Source: Planktothrix sp. GU0601_MAG3 (GTDB lineage Bacteria; Cyanobacteriota; Cyanobacteriia; Cyanobacteriales; Microcoleaceae). Taken from it: a stretch of 64,000 nt of DNA. How positions within the stretch are numbered: the stretch's first letter is position 1; every line of letters begins with the position of its first letter. Below are positions 32,775 to 43,414 of the stretch, piece after piece. Below the pieces are notes generated by a model that did not search any database, was not told the DNA's origin, and worked only from the letters and a program-made list of their open reading frames with translations. A program made the translations under genes and the position numbers. The stretch spans positions 4,852,578 through 4,916,577 of the forward strand of contig CP136572.1 in NCBI GenBank assembly GCA_035193785.1, read 5' to 3'.

Positions 32775-35700
32775 ATGGCTGAATTATTGGTAATCAATAA
32801 TCAAGATTCCGGCTTGGGATCATTACGAGATGCGATCTCTCAAGCAAATTCCAACGACATCATTAAATTTAGCTCAAATTTGATCGGAGGAAATACTATT
32901 ACCCTAACCACGGGACAATTAGATATTCCTGTCAGTAAAAATTTAACCATAGATGGAATTAATAATCTCAACCTAGTTATTAATGGAAATAATCAATTTA
33001 GAATTTTTTATCTCAATTCAACATCGGCTACACCCACCAGTTTAAATCTCAAAAACCTCACCCTTAATAACGGTTATACTCCCGAACGAGGCGGGGGGGT
33101 TTTTACTACCCATCAAGGCATTTTAACGATTGATAATATTAAATTCAATGACAATGTTGCTGATCAAGGTGGGGGGGCTATTTTCAGTGCTTTTGAAGGT
33201 AATTTAACCGTTAATAATAGTCAATTTAATCGGAATAAAGCGATCGCAGCTAATGATGAACGGGGAGCCGGAGCGATCGCCTTTTATGGGCCAAAAAATA
33301 TTACCGTTACCAATAGTCAATTTATTGATAATGAAGGAATTAATGGCGCAGCAATTAACAGTTTAAATGGAAAATTAACCATTGAAAACTCTACTTTTTT
33401 GAACAATAAAACCACGGCTGCTGTCTATGATAATGGCAAACCTAACCCATTTTTAAGGGGATTTGGTGGGGCTATTTATGCTGACCGCGCCAGTAGCGTT
33501 AATGAAACCATCAGGAACAATTCGGATTATTAATAGCAATTTTCAAGGGAATATTGGTCGAGGAGAAGGAGGCGCTGCTTACCTATTTACCGGAACCCAA
33601 GATAACGTTATTTTTGAATCTAATGTTTTTAAAGATAATCAAATTTTACCCCTTCCCAATGGAGGTAATAATGGTAATGGCGGTGCTGTAGTTCAAATTA
33701 GTAATGGATTAAATCGAGGATTTACTATTAGTAATACAGCTTTTGTTAATAATACCGCAGCTAATCAAGGTGGGGGGATTTGGACGATGGATGCTCCCAC
33801 AAATATTACTAATAGTACCTTCTCAGGAAATCGCGCCGAAGTAACTAATTTTAATGGGAATGGCGGAGCCATGGCTATAAATAGCCCAACCAATATTATT
33901 AATACTACCATTGCTGATAATTATGCGGGATGGGTAGGTGGTGGAATTGTTGCTTCATCAGGTGTTGAAGTTACTGTTCAAAATACAATTTTCTCCAATA
34001 ATACAGCCAATAATGGGGGAAATTCTTGGAATATTCAGCAGCAAACTAATCGTAGTCTCACTGATTTAGGTGGAAATATTCAATGGCCAGGAAATCCCAA
34101 TCAAAGTGGAAATGATTATAACGCTACCACTAATATTCTGAAAGTTGATCCTAAATTGGGAACCCTGGAAAATGTGAATGGAACTTATATTTATCCTTTA
34201 TTAGTTGGTAGTCCTGCTATTGATACCGGGACTAATAATTCATTAATAACGGATCAAAAAAATCAACCTCGTCCTGTTGATGGCGATCAAAATGGAACCT
34301 CAATTATAGATAGTGGTGCTTACGAGTTTCCCACAACACCAACACCAAGTCCCACACCAAGTCCCACACCAAGTCCCACACCAAGTCCCACACCAAGTCC
34401 CACACCAAGTCCCACACCAAGTCCCACACCAAGTCCCACACCAAGTCCGACACCAAGTCCAACACCAAGTCCCACACCAAGTCCCACACCAAGTCCGACA
34501 CCAAGTCCCACACCAAGTCCCACACCAGAACCAAGTCCGACACCAAGTCCAGAACCGACACCAAGTCCAACACCAGAACCGACACCAAGTCCAACACCAA
34601 GTCCAACACCAGAACCAAGTCCGACACCAAGTCCGACACCAAGTCCAGAACCGACACCAAGTCCAACACCAGAACCGACACCAAGTCCAACACCAGAACC
34701 GACACCAAGTCCAACACCAAGTCCAACACCAGAACCAAGTCCGACACCAAGTCCGACACCAAGTCCGACACCAAGTCCAGAACCGACACCAAGTCCAACA
34801 CCAGAAACCGACACCAAGTCCAACACCAAGTCCAACACCAGAACCAAGTCCGACACCAAGTCCGACACCAAGTCCAGAACCGACACCAAGTCCAACACCA
34901 GAACCAAGTCCGACACCAAGTCCAACACCAGAACCAAGTCCAACACCAAGTCCAACACCAGAACCGACAGCAAGTCCAGAACCGACACCAACACCAAGTC
35001 CAACACCAGAACCAAGTCCAACACCAAGTCCGACAGCAAGTCCAGAACCGACACCAACACCAGCACCAACAGCAAGTCCAGAACTAACACCTGCGCCAAG
35101 TCCAACACCAAATCAAGATGACTGTTCTTGTCAACCCTTTCCCCCTTTAGATATAGAAACCAGTCGTCAACAAAATATCATTCAGAACACCTTAAATGGT
35201 AATGAAAATAATGATAATTTGATGGGGACTGATATTAGTGAAGCAATTAATGGGGGGAATGGGGATGATATTTTATTGGGGATGAAAGAGAATGATAATT
35301 TAGCAGGAAATATCGGAAATGATACGGTTTTTGGCGGTCAAGACCAAGATTTTATCGATGGAGGTACAGGTTCAGACTTTCTTTATGGGAACCAAGAATC
35401 AGATTTTGTCTTTGGAATGGAAGGAGAAGATCAAATTTGGGGAGATGACGGTGATGATTATTTAAGTGGTGGAACCGACAACGATATTTTATTCGGAAAT
35501 ATCGGTAATGATTTGATATTTGGAGATGAAGGAGATGATACTTTATTTGGTGAAGATGATAACGACTCTTTGAGTGGGGGATTAGGAAATGATATTTTGT
35601 TTGGAAATTCCGGTGATGATCAACTTCAGGGAAACTGGGGAAATGATACAATTTATGGAGGAAAAAATGATGACTTCTTCTGTGGAAATGAGGATGATGA

Positions 35701-36082
35701 CTTGTTATTTGGTAATTTAGGAGCCGATATTTTAGAAGGATGTGAAGGTAATGATAGTCTTTATGGAGGTCAAGAAAATGATCGGATTAAGGGTGGAATT
35801 GGTAATGATTTTCTGAGTGGAGATCAGGGGGAAGATACATTAATTGGAGGAAGTGGAAATGATCAATTTGCGATCGCAATCAACACAGGAAACGATGCAA
35901 TTCTTGACTTTAATATTCAGGAAGATCAGATTAATTTATTAGGGGGATTAATGTTTGAACAATTAATGCTTGTACCCAGCAATAACGCCACTTTAATTCA
36001 GTTATCAAGTAATGGAGAAATATTGGCAACATTAATCGGTGTTAATTCTTATAACCTAAATGTTAGTAACTTTGCAGTCTAA
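32775..36082 (+). CDS. Large secreted beta-helix + Pro/Thr/Ser linker + RTX Ca-binding protein (apparent frameshifts near 33506 and 34806)
   Basis: GSLRDAI, GGAI repeats, GSPAID..DSGAYE, (PSPT)n, GGxGxD nonapeptides. Confidence 0.85.
34336..35110 (+). repeat. Coding 12/18-bp tandem repeat (PSPT/PEPT)
   Basis: (ACACCAAGTCC[C/G/A])n. Confidence 0.95.
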
Positions 36083-36264
36083 TGTTTTTCTGAGAGTAAT
36101 TTGTGAAAGAACCACAAAGGTACTAAAATACTAGGAAGATCATCAAGGAGAGGGGTATTCAGGATTTATGGAATTTCTGGGGGCGAGTTCCCTGTTAATC
36201 TTGAATACCTCCAAGATATTATCTAAAATAGAATCAAATCAATTACTATACCGAATATCAATAA

Positions 36265-36843
36265 ATGTTGAATCAAACTAAAACTGAGTTAAGACGTTTA
36301 TTAATTAAACAACGTCGTTCAATTGCAACCGAAGAATATCAGGAAAAAAGCGATCGCATTTGTCAAAACTTACAAAATATTTCCCTATTTCAAGAAGCAA
36401 AAACTATTTTATCCTATTTCAGTTTTCGCCAAGAACCGGATTTAAGTTTATTATTGACTAACACCGATAAAAACTGGGGATTTCCCCGTTGTGTTGAACA
36501 ATCTTTAACCTGGCATTGTTGGCAACCTGGGGAAGCCAATAATACAAATAATTATGGTATTATTGAACCTGATGCTAATTTGATGCAACTACATCATAGT
36601 GAAGTTGACTTAATCTTAGTACCATCCGTTGCTTGTGATTCCCAAGGATATCGCTTAGGATATGGAGGGGGATTTTATGACAGAATGTTGAGTCTACCCG
36701 AATGGAATTTAATTCCGACGGTGGGAATTATTTTTGATTTTGCCTATGTTCCTCAATTACCAATTAATTCTTGGGATAAACCTTTAAACGCAGTTTGTAC
36801 AGACTCTCAGTTTATTAATGTTTCCTATTGTTTACCCGCTTAA
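36265..36843 (+). CDS. 5-formyltetrahydrofolate cyclo-ligase
   Basis: DLILVP, GYRLGYGGGFYDR. Confidence 0.93.
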   Translation: MLNQTKTELRRLLIKQRRSIATEEYQEKSDRICQNLQNISLFQEAKTILSYFSFRQEPDLSLLLTNTDKNWGFPRCVEQSLTWHCWQPGEANNTNNYGIIEPDANLMQLHHSEVDLILVPSVACDSQGYRLGYGGGFYDRMLSLPEWNLIPTVGIIFDFAYVPQLPINSWDKPLNAVCTDSQFINVSYCLPA

Positions 36844-37676
36844 TTAAATTGAACAATAAAACCATAAAAACAGTAATTATTTATATTATTCTCGGAATAA
36901 TTGCTGTATTAATGCTATTTCCTCTGATTTGGTTAGTGAGTACCTCCTTTAAATCTCCCAGTGAAAATATCTTTCAGTTTCCACCCCAATTTATTCCCCG
37001 TCAACCGACATTTCAGAATTTTATTAAAGTCTGGCAAACTAATCCTTTTGGGCGTTATTTATTTAATAGTTCTTTGGTCGCCCTATTAACAGTCAGTTTA
37101 AATTTATTGTTTTGTTCCTTAGCCGCCTATCCCCTGGCGCGATTAAACTTTAAAGGTAGAGATGGCATTTTTACAGCCATTATTGCCACCATTATGATTC
37201 CTTTTCAAATCGTAATGATTCCGTTATATGTGTTAACGGTACAATTAGAATTAAGAAATAGTTATTTGGGAATTATCTTTCCCAGTATTGCATCGGCATT
37301 TGGCATATTTCTATTAAGACAAGCCTTTAAAAGTGTCCCGAAAGAATTAGAAGAAGCCGCTAGAATTGATGGCTGTTCAGAGTTAGGAATTTGGTGGAAT
37401 GTAATGATACCTGCGGTTAAACCCGCATTAATTACCCTAGCAATATTTGTGTTTATTGGGTCGTGGAGTGACTTTCTCTGGCCCCTATTAGTTTTAGACC
37501 AACCGGAATTCTATACTATGCCTTTAGGAGTAGCAACCCTAGCCGGAACATTCTCCCTCGACTGGCGATTAATTGCGGCGGGCTCTGTGATTTCTATTGC
37601 CCCGGTTTTACTATTATTCCTAATATTACAACGCTATATTGTGCCGACAGATGCCGGGTCGGGGGTGAAAGGGTGA
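36828..37676 (+). CDS. Carbohydrate ABC transporter permease
   Basis: EAA loop ELEEAARIDG, multiple TMs. Confidence 0.92.
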   Translation: MFTRLIKLNNKTIKTVIIYIILGIIAVLMLFPLIWLVSTSFKSPSENIFQFPPQFIPRQPTFQNFIKVWQTNPFGRYLFNSSLVALLTVSLNLLFCSLAAYPLARLNFKGRDGIFTAIIATIMIPFQIVMIPLYVLTVQLELRNSYLGIIFPSIASAFGIFLLRQAFKSVPKELEEAARIDGCSELGIWWNVMIPAVKPALITLAIFVFIGSWSDFLWPLLVLDQPEFYTMPLGVATLAGTFSLDWRLIAAGSVISIAPVLLLFLILQRYIVPTDAGSGVKG

Positions 37677-38024
37677 ATTAGTTGAATTACGAATTACGAA
37701 TTACGAATTACTAGATTTGTTTCAATCCCTGAAAGAGATTATAGGTGATTTCAACTCCGGGTGTTGCTGAAGTTGCTGCTATTGAAATTCAACAAATTGG
37801 CGATCGCATCAAAACACAAATTGCCAACTCAGACTAACAAACAAAACCCCCAACTCATTAATGAATTGGGGGTTAAACAAAATCTCATAGAAGGTTGAGT
37901 TACCAAATGAATCGCGGTCTTGCGATCGCGCGAATCCATTATGTTGATTTCGAGTTCGCTTACTTCTATGAGGAGCATCCTCTTACCAAAACCAACAATG
38001 GTAGCCAAATCATAGCATTCAATT

Positions 38025-38325
38025 ATGGTAAATAGCAAGAAGCCTGCGGAAAATACTCCAACAACACCAAGCACTCCTGCTACTCCCGCACCTCAAGGAG
38101 TAGGAAATCCCAATGATTACTACTTCCCTAATAGGGGTTTTGCCTCGGAAACAGAAACCATTAAAGATTGATTTCCAGACTCCCGACTCTGAAAAAATAA
38201 TCATGAGTCAGAAAGAAGGTGTGAAACCACCTGTGATTCAACAGATTGAGTACACTGACTTCCCTTTGCCGGAAATCAGGTTGTACGTTTGCGACAACGT
38301 ATTGATGCTACCCTCTGAATACTAA
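38025..38325 (+). CDS. 99-aa protein with DUF6876-like C-terminus (restored by removing one A near 38148)
   Basis: Tail QQIEYTDFPLPEIRLY..NVLMLPSEY. Confidence 0.55.
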
Positions 38326-38382
38326 ACCCAAAACCCCTGTAGAATAATAATATATATCAAACATTCTACAGGGGTTTTTATC

Positions 38383-38829
38383 GTGAAAAACAGGCTTGAA
38401 ATTGGATTTGGATTGATACTTACCTTCTTGATTACATCCTGCCAAGGTGCAACACCGCAATCCAGTGAACTCCAAAAACAGGAGCATAAGCTATGGATAA
38501 ACACCAACCTAATCAGAAGGCATCAGGCAGACTTACCTGAATTAGTCAGGACTGAAGAAGCTGACAAACTAGCCAGAGATGCTTCCTGTATGTTTCTAAA
38601 AGGTAAATGGGACAAATCGGAGAGCGATCGCAAAGTTGCTCTAGGTGCAGATGTCTCAGCAGAGAATTATTCTCAGGATTACGAAAATACTGCTGATAAA
38701 GCGATCGCAATTTGGTATAGAGACGAGAAAGCGATGAAAAATTTATTGAATCCTGTCTACCATAAAACAGGTGTTGGAACTTGTAAATCAGAACAATTTG
38801 TATTCTTCACTCAAATTTATTACAGGTAA
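38383..38829 (+). CDS. CAP/SCP-domain lipoprotein
   Basis: Lipobox-like LITSC; AEN..W..NLLNP..GVG..FFTQ. Confidence 0.7.
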   Translation: MKNRLEIGFGLILTFLITSCQGATPQSSELQKQEHKLWINTNLIRRHQADLPELVRTEEADKLARDASCMFLKGKWDKSESDRKVALGADVSAENYSQDYENTADKAIAIWYRDEKAMKNLLNPVYHKTGVGTCKSEQFVFFTQIYYR

Positions 38830-38986
38830 ATTTCTTTGATATTAAAAAACCCTTGTAGAAATATTTCCACCAGGGTTTTTGTTTGGGGTGCGATCGCTAA
38901 TTCATTTGTTTAAAAAAACCAATCTTTTGTGTTTCAATCCCTGAAAGGGATTATAGGTGATTTCAACCAGGTTGTCGCCAAAAACA

Positions 38987-40806
38987 CTAATTCATCATCT
39001 CAATTCTGGCTCGTAACCCACTGCGGGTTAACTGTTGCAAGAGGGAATTAGCCCGATATTGATCTCGAAACGCTCCCGCTTGCACCACAGAGCGCCCCTG
39101 TACCAAGGTTGAAAACGCTTCGGGGACAACCGACCGCACACGGCGAAGGTCTGCATCACTGCTAATTTCCACCACCACCCGATACCTTAACCCCAAAGCC
39201 GTCGGACTCAGAGGGATATCTCCCAGGTTTCCACTCGCTACCTCGTTAGGAAGTAAACCCCCACCTGACCCAATGGGAATATCTGGCCCTGGAACCGATA
39301 AAACCCCGATAGCAGCTACGGAAGTCGGCGGAGAGGCTTGGGGCGGTTGAGTAATCGCTTGGGGGGTTTGGCGGGGTTGGGTACGGGGGGGAACCGGAAG
39401 CGAAGCGGGACGACCCAAAATCAAATCAGAAACCACTGGGACTAATAATCCCACCACCCTGTCACCGGAGGTCTGGGGTCTGGGGGCAGGTTGGGGGGGA
39501 CGTCTATTCGGTGGGGAGGGTAAACGGGAAGACTCTGGGGCTGGAAACCGGAATCGGAATTCCATTAAGGTTGGCCGTATTGGATTCTGGAAGATATATC
39601 GGAAGGGAAGAAGCCCGATTAATCGGGGTCATGGTGGTGGGATCATTGGCCATTAACGTCCGAGACCCGGGGGCGGTGGTGGGGTTTGAAAGTTGACGGG
39701 CTAAGGGAGATGTTCCCGCCATGGCCGTTTGGTAGGGGGAAAGTTGAATTGGCCCGGTAATTTTGTTAGCCGCCAGTTGATTCCCATAGGCAAGGATTTG
39801 TTGGCCCTTTGTACCGTTATTGAGATCATAACGGCCATTATTGCGAATTACGTTCCCCCCGGGTTCCTGGGTATTTCCTAAATCTGGTAAGGATTCAGCG
39901 ATCGCCACAATTCCATCCCGTTGATTTCTTTCAATTTGATTATTTCTTAAAATCGGTCGAGCATTAGCTTGAATCACAATCCCGTCTTTATTATCAAAAA
40001 CCCGATTTCCAATCACAAAAGGGGCGGAATTTTGAGCAATATTAATCCCAAATCCGGTATTTTGAAACTCATTATTTCTGATTTCTGGGCGAGAATTTCC
40101 ATAAACCGTAATCCCATTTGCCCCATTTTGAATAAAAGAATTTTCTTGAATAATTGGCGCACTAATTCCGACAATGGAAATCCCATCATGGCTATTGCCC
40201 GTAAACGTATTTTGAGAGACAATTAAAGAACTTGATTCGATCCAAAGTCCATAACCTCGCTGATTAGGATTAGTAATTGTTACGCCACTAATTCTGGAGC
40301 TATTTGCCCCCAACATCGTAATATTTTGTTGGGCCGAAGTCTTGCTGGTGTACCAGCCGCCCCCATTGATAATAATATCTTTTCCCTTGGTATTGGGATT
40401 CCCCTGAAGGGTGACATTATTATGTAAAATAATCGGGAATTGTTCTCCCGTTTGGCTACTATAGGTTCCTGGAGCTAAAATAATTGCCGTATTCGAGGGG
40501 GCCATACTTACGGCTTTTGTAATTGTTTTGAACGGGGATTGTTGCGTCCCTTGTCCCCCGTCATTTCCTAGGGTAGAACTTACATAAATTACCGAAATAG
40601 AACGATTAGTAGTTGCTGGAAACCGTTTGTTGATTTCTTGGGGGAATGGCTAACCCGCCGTTGGGGTTAAATAGTCCTAATCCCAAACTGATTAATAAAA
40701 ATGGCGAAAAAGATCGCAGTACCATTAATGAAAATGGAGAAGTAAATCCGATCGCAGTTCGGAGAAAAGATAAACGAAGTTGAGAAATATCAGATAACCT
40801 TGTCAT
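38987..40806 (-). CDS. DUF1565 beta-helix protein with SPOR-like C-terminus (apparent frameshifts near 40621 and 39546)
   Basis: PFKTITKA, LAPGTYS..GEQFPI, PDLG..GGN; QAGAF..AN. Confidence 0.82.
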
Positions 40807-41101
40807 TGTTGGGAGGGGGGAGAAAACTGATATCGATTAACCCGTTGTTGCGATGCGGCGCATCTTCTCATAAATCATGAATGTGCTGAAGCACTACAAC
40901 AGTGGGCAAAAACTTAAGGAGTCTGACGGACTGAAATTAGTTTAAAATGTCATTTGCGTCAAATCAGCCCCAATTTTACCTTAAACTTAACATTTTGGCT
41001 GTTAAGAATTTTGAACCTTGTTCACACGCACCCAGAATTAAAATCTAGTTGGGGAAATTATACCCCAAATCCCGCAAAATTACACAACAGAGGAACATGA
41101 A

Positions 41102-42172
41102 ATGGATCAACAATACACTCCCCTAGCACAGCCGATTCTCTATCGGATTTTAGATGCTAACCTAGACCGCACCCGGGAGGGCTTGAGAATTATCGAGGAG
41201 TGGTGTCGGTTTGGGTTAAATAGCGGGGAACTCGCGGAAGAATGTAAACATCTGCGCCAAGAGATCGCCCGTTGGCATACCATGACCTTACGTTCCTATC
41301 GCAATACTATTGATGATCCTGGCACAGAATTAACCCATCCCCAAGAGGAACAACGGTCAGGGATTGAACAACTGTTACAAGCCAATTTCTGTCGGGTACA
41401 AGAAGCCTTAAGGGTTCTCGAGGAATACGGGAAATTATATCATCCAGAAATGGGGCGCACCTTTAAACAAATACGTTATCAAGTTTATACCTTAGAAAGC
41501 CGTTTACTCGCCCATGAACGTCATAAGGTTTTACAAAATTCCTATCTTTATTTAGTTACTTCCCCCGGGGAAAAATTATTTGCTATTGTGGAAGCAGCCC
41601 TACAAGGAGGATTAACTTTAGTTCAATATCGGGATAAGAATTCTAATGACGAAATTCGATTAAAAACTGCACAGAAATTATGTCAACTCTGTCATCGCTA
41701 TGATGCTTTATTCTTAGTAAATGATCGGGTCGATCTTGCCGTCGCCGTTGATGCCGATGGAGTCCATTTAGGCCAAGAAGATATCCCGATTCAATTAGCC
41801 CGACAAGTCCTTGGCCCCCAACGATTAATTGGTCGTTCTACCCATAGTCCTGAAGACATGAAACGAGCCATTCAAGAGGGTGCAGATTATATCGGAGTCG
41901 GCCCGGTTTATGAGACCCCGACTAAGGCAGGAAAGGCGGCTGCGGGTTTAGAATATGTTCGTCATGCGGTTAAAAATTCCACCCTTCCTTGGTTCGCTAT
42001 CGGTGGAATTGATATGAATAATTTTGATGATGTGATGGCGACCGGGTGCGAACGGGTTGCTGTTGTCCGTTCGATTATGAATGCCGAACAACCTACTTTA
42101 GTCACCCAATATTTTCTGTCCCAATTAAATCGGGTTAGAAACCTCCGATCCCACAAAGTTTTACCTAATTAA
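41102..42172 (+). CDS. thiE: Thiamine-phosphate synthase (cyanobacterial long form)
   Basis: RILDANLDR..EGLR, QYRDK, VND, HLGQED, TPTK. Confidence 0.93.
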   Translation: MDQQYTPLAQPILYRILDANLDRTREGLRIIEEWCRFGLNSGELAEECKHLRQEIARWHTMTLRSYRNTIDDPGTELTHPQEEQRSGIEQLLQANFCRVQEALRVLEEYGKLYHPEMGRTFKQIRYQVYTLESRLLAHERHKVLQNSYLYLVTSPGEKLFAIVEAALQGGLTLVQYRDKNSNDEIRLKTAQKLCQLCHRYDALFLVNDRVDLAVAVDADGVHLGQEDIPIQLARQVLGPQRLIGRSTHSPEDMKRAIQEGADYIGVGPVYETPTKAGKAAAGLEYVRHAVKNSTLPWFAIGGIDMNNFDDVMATGCERVAVVRSIMNAEQPTLVTQYFLSQLNRVRNLRSHKVLPN

Positions 42173-42185
42173 CCAAAAATTAAGC

Positions 42186-42401
42186 ATGAAAGAAACAATT
42201 ACAGTCAAAGTTAATGGGGAATTAAAAACCTGTTCTTCGGGGTTAAAACTTCCCCAATTTTTACAACAACAAGGTTTAAATGCCCGTTTAATTGCCATAG
42301 AATATAATGGTGAAATTCTCCATCACCAATTCTGGGAAACTACCGAAATCCAACCTGGGGATATCTTAGAAATAGTAACTATTGTGGGCGGGGGAATCTA
42401 A
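42186..42401 (+). CDS. thiS: Sulfur carrier protein ThiS
   Basis: Ubiquitin-like, ends VGGGI. Confidence 0.9.
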   Translation: MKETITVKVNGELKTCSSGLKLPQFLQQQGLNARLIAIEYNGEILHHQFWETTEIQPGDILEIVTIVGGGI

Positions 42402-42500
42402 ACGGGTTTTCCCTGCACGCTATGGCATTACCCATTACCCATTACCCATTACCCATTACCCATTCCCCATTCCCAATTCCCAATTCCCCATTCCCTACTT

Positions 42501-43338
42501 TTAAGGTTTTATTTTTAATAATCCTTGGGTGGGACTGAATAAAAATGCCAAGACAAATAATCCAAATGTTACTAATACAATGGCTGGGCCAGAAGGGAGG
42601 TTATAAAAGTAACTGAGGTACATTCCGCTAATACTAGAAATTACCCCAATTATTACTCCTAATATCATAACTAAATGCAGACGTTCTACTAATAAATAAG
42701 CCGTGGCTGCGGGGGTAATTAATAGGGATAATACCAGGATGACACCGACGGCTTTTAAACTGGCAACAATGGTTAGGGCAATTAATCCCATTAATCCTAA
42801 ATTCAGCAGGTTAACGGGTAAACCTGTGGCCTCAGCACCCAGGGGATCGAAGGTATAAAACAGGAGTTCTTTATAGATTAGGGTGACTACAGTTAGGATA
42901 ATTATGGCAATAATAAATGTATCCCTAACGTCCTCTGTTGTGACTCCGAGAATATTACCAAATAGAAAATGATTTAAGTCGATTTTATTGTCTTTTTGAA
43001 CTAAGGTAATTAGGGTGATGCCGAATGCAAAGAAGGCAGAAAACACAATTCCCATCGCGGCATCTTCTTTAATTCGAGAATAGGTTTCTAATTATATTCA
43101 TGCAAAGGGTACTTAAAATTCCGGCAACAAATGCCCCGACAAACATATTACCATTGAGGATAAATGCGATCGCTAAACCGGGTAAAACCGAATGACTAAT
43201 AGCATCTCCTAATAATGCCAGTCTTTGCACCATTAAATAGCTACCGACAACGGCACAAATAATTCCTACTAAAATCGCTATGGTTAGCGATCGCTGCATA
43301 AAACCATATTGCAAAGGTTCAATTAAAAGATTAATCAT
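42501..43338 (-). CDS. Mn/Zn ABC transporter permease (apparent frameshift near 43086)
   Basis: GDAISHSVLPG, EDAAMGIVF, LFGNILG. Confidence 0.88.
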
Positions 43339-43414
43339 TATTCCCAATTCATAATTCGTAATTCGTAATTCGTAATTCGTAATTCGTAATTCCTATATTC
43401 AAGGGGGGATTGTA

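Larger units (their letters stand above)
37719..38967 (-). CRISPR. Orphan two-repeat CRISPR-like locus with a 1175-bp intervening segment
   Basis: 37-bp repeats at 37719-37755 and 38931-38967, GTTTCAATCCCTGAAAG[A/G]GATTATAGGTGATTTCAAC (1 mismatch); minus strand ends ATTGAAAC with an AATCCC/GGGATT stem, as in cyanobacterial type I-D repeats. Confidence 0.8.

Noticed and set aside
34304..35111. Long antisense and alternative-frame ORFs (VLDL, GLGV, HQVP, TKSN repeats)
   Set aside because: By-products of the stop-free PSPT coding repeat.
37800..38897. HIP1-mediated insertion into a single spacer (HIP1 near both cargo ends)
   Set aside because: Rejoining the ends gives ~85 bp, too long for one spacer. 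The left ORF fragment reads through the HIP1 site, and HIP1 is frequent anyway.
40810..41100. TPP riboswitch upstream of thiE
   Set aside because: Conserved CTGAGA and GAACCTG...AGGGA elements were not found.
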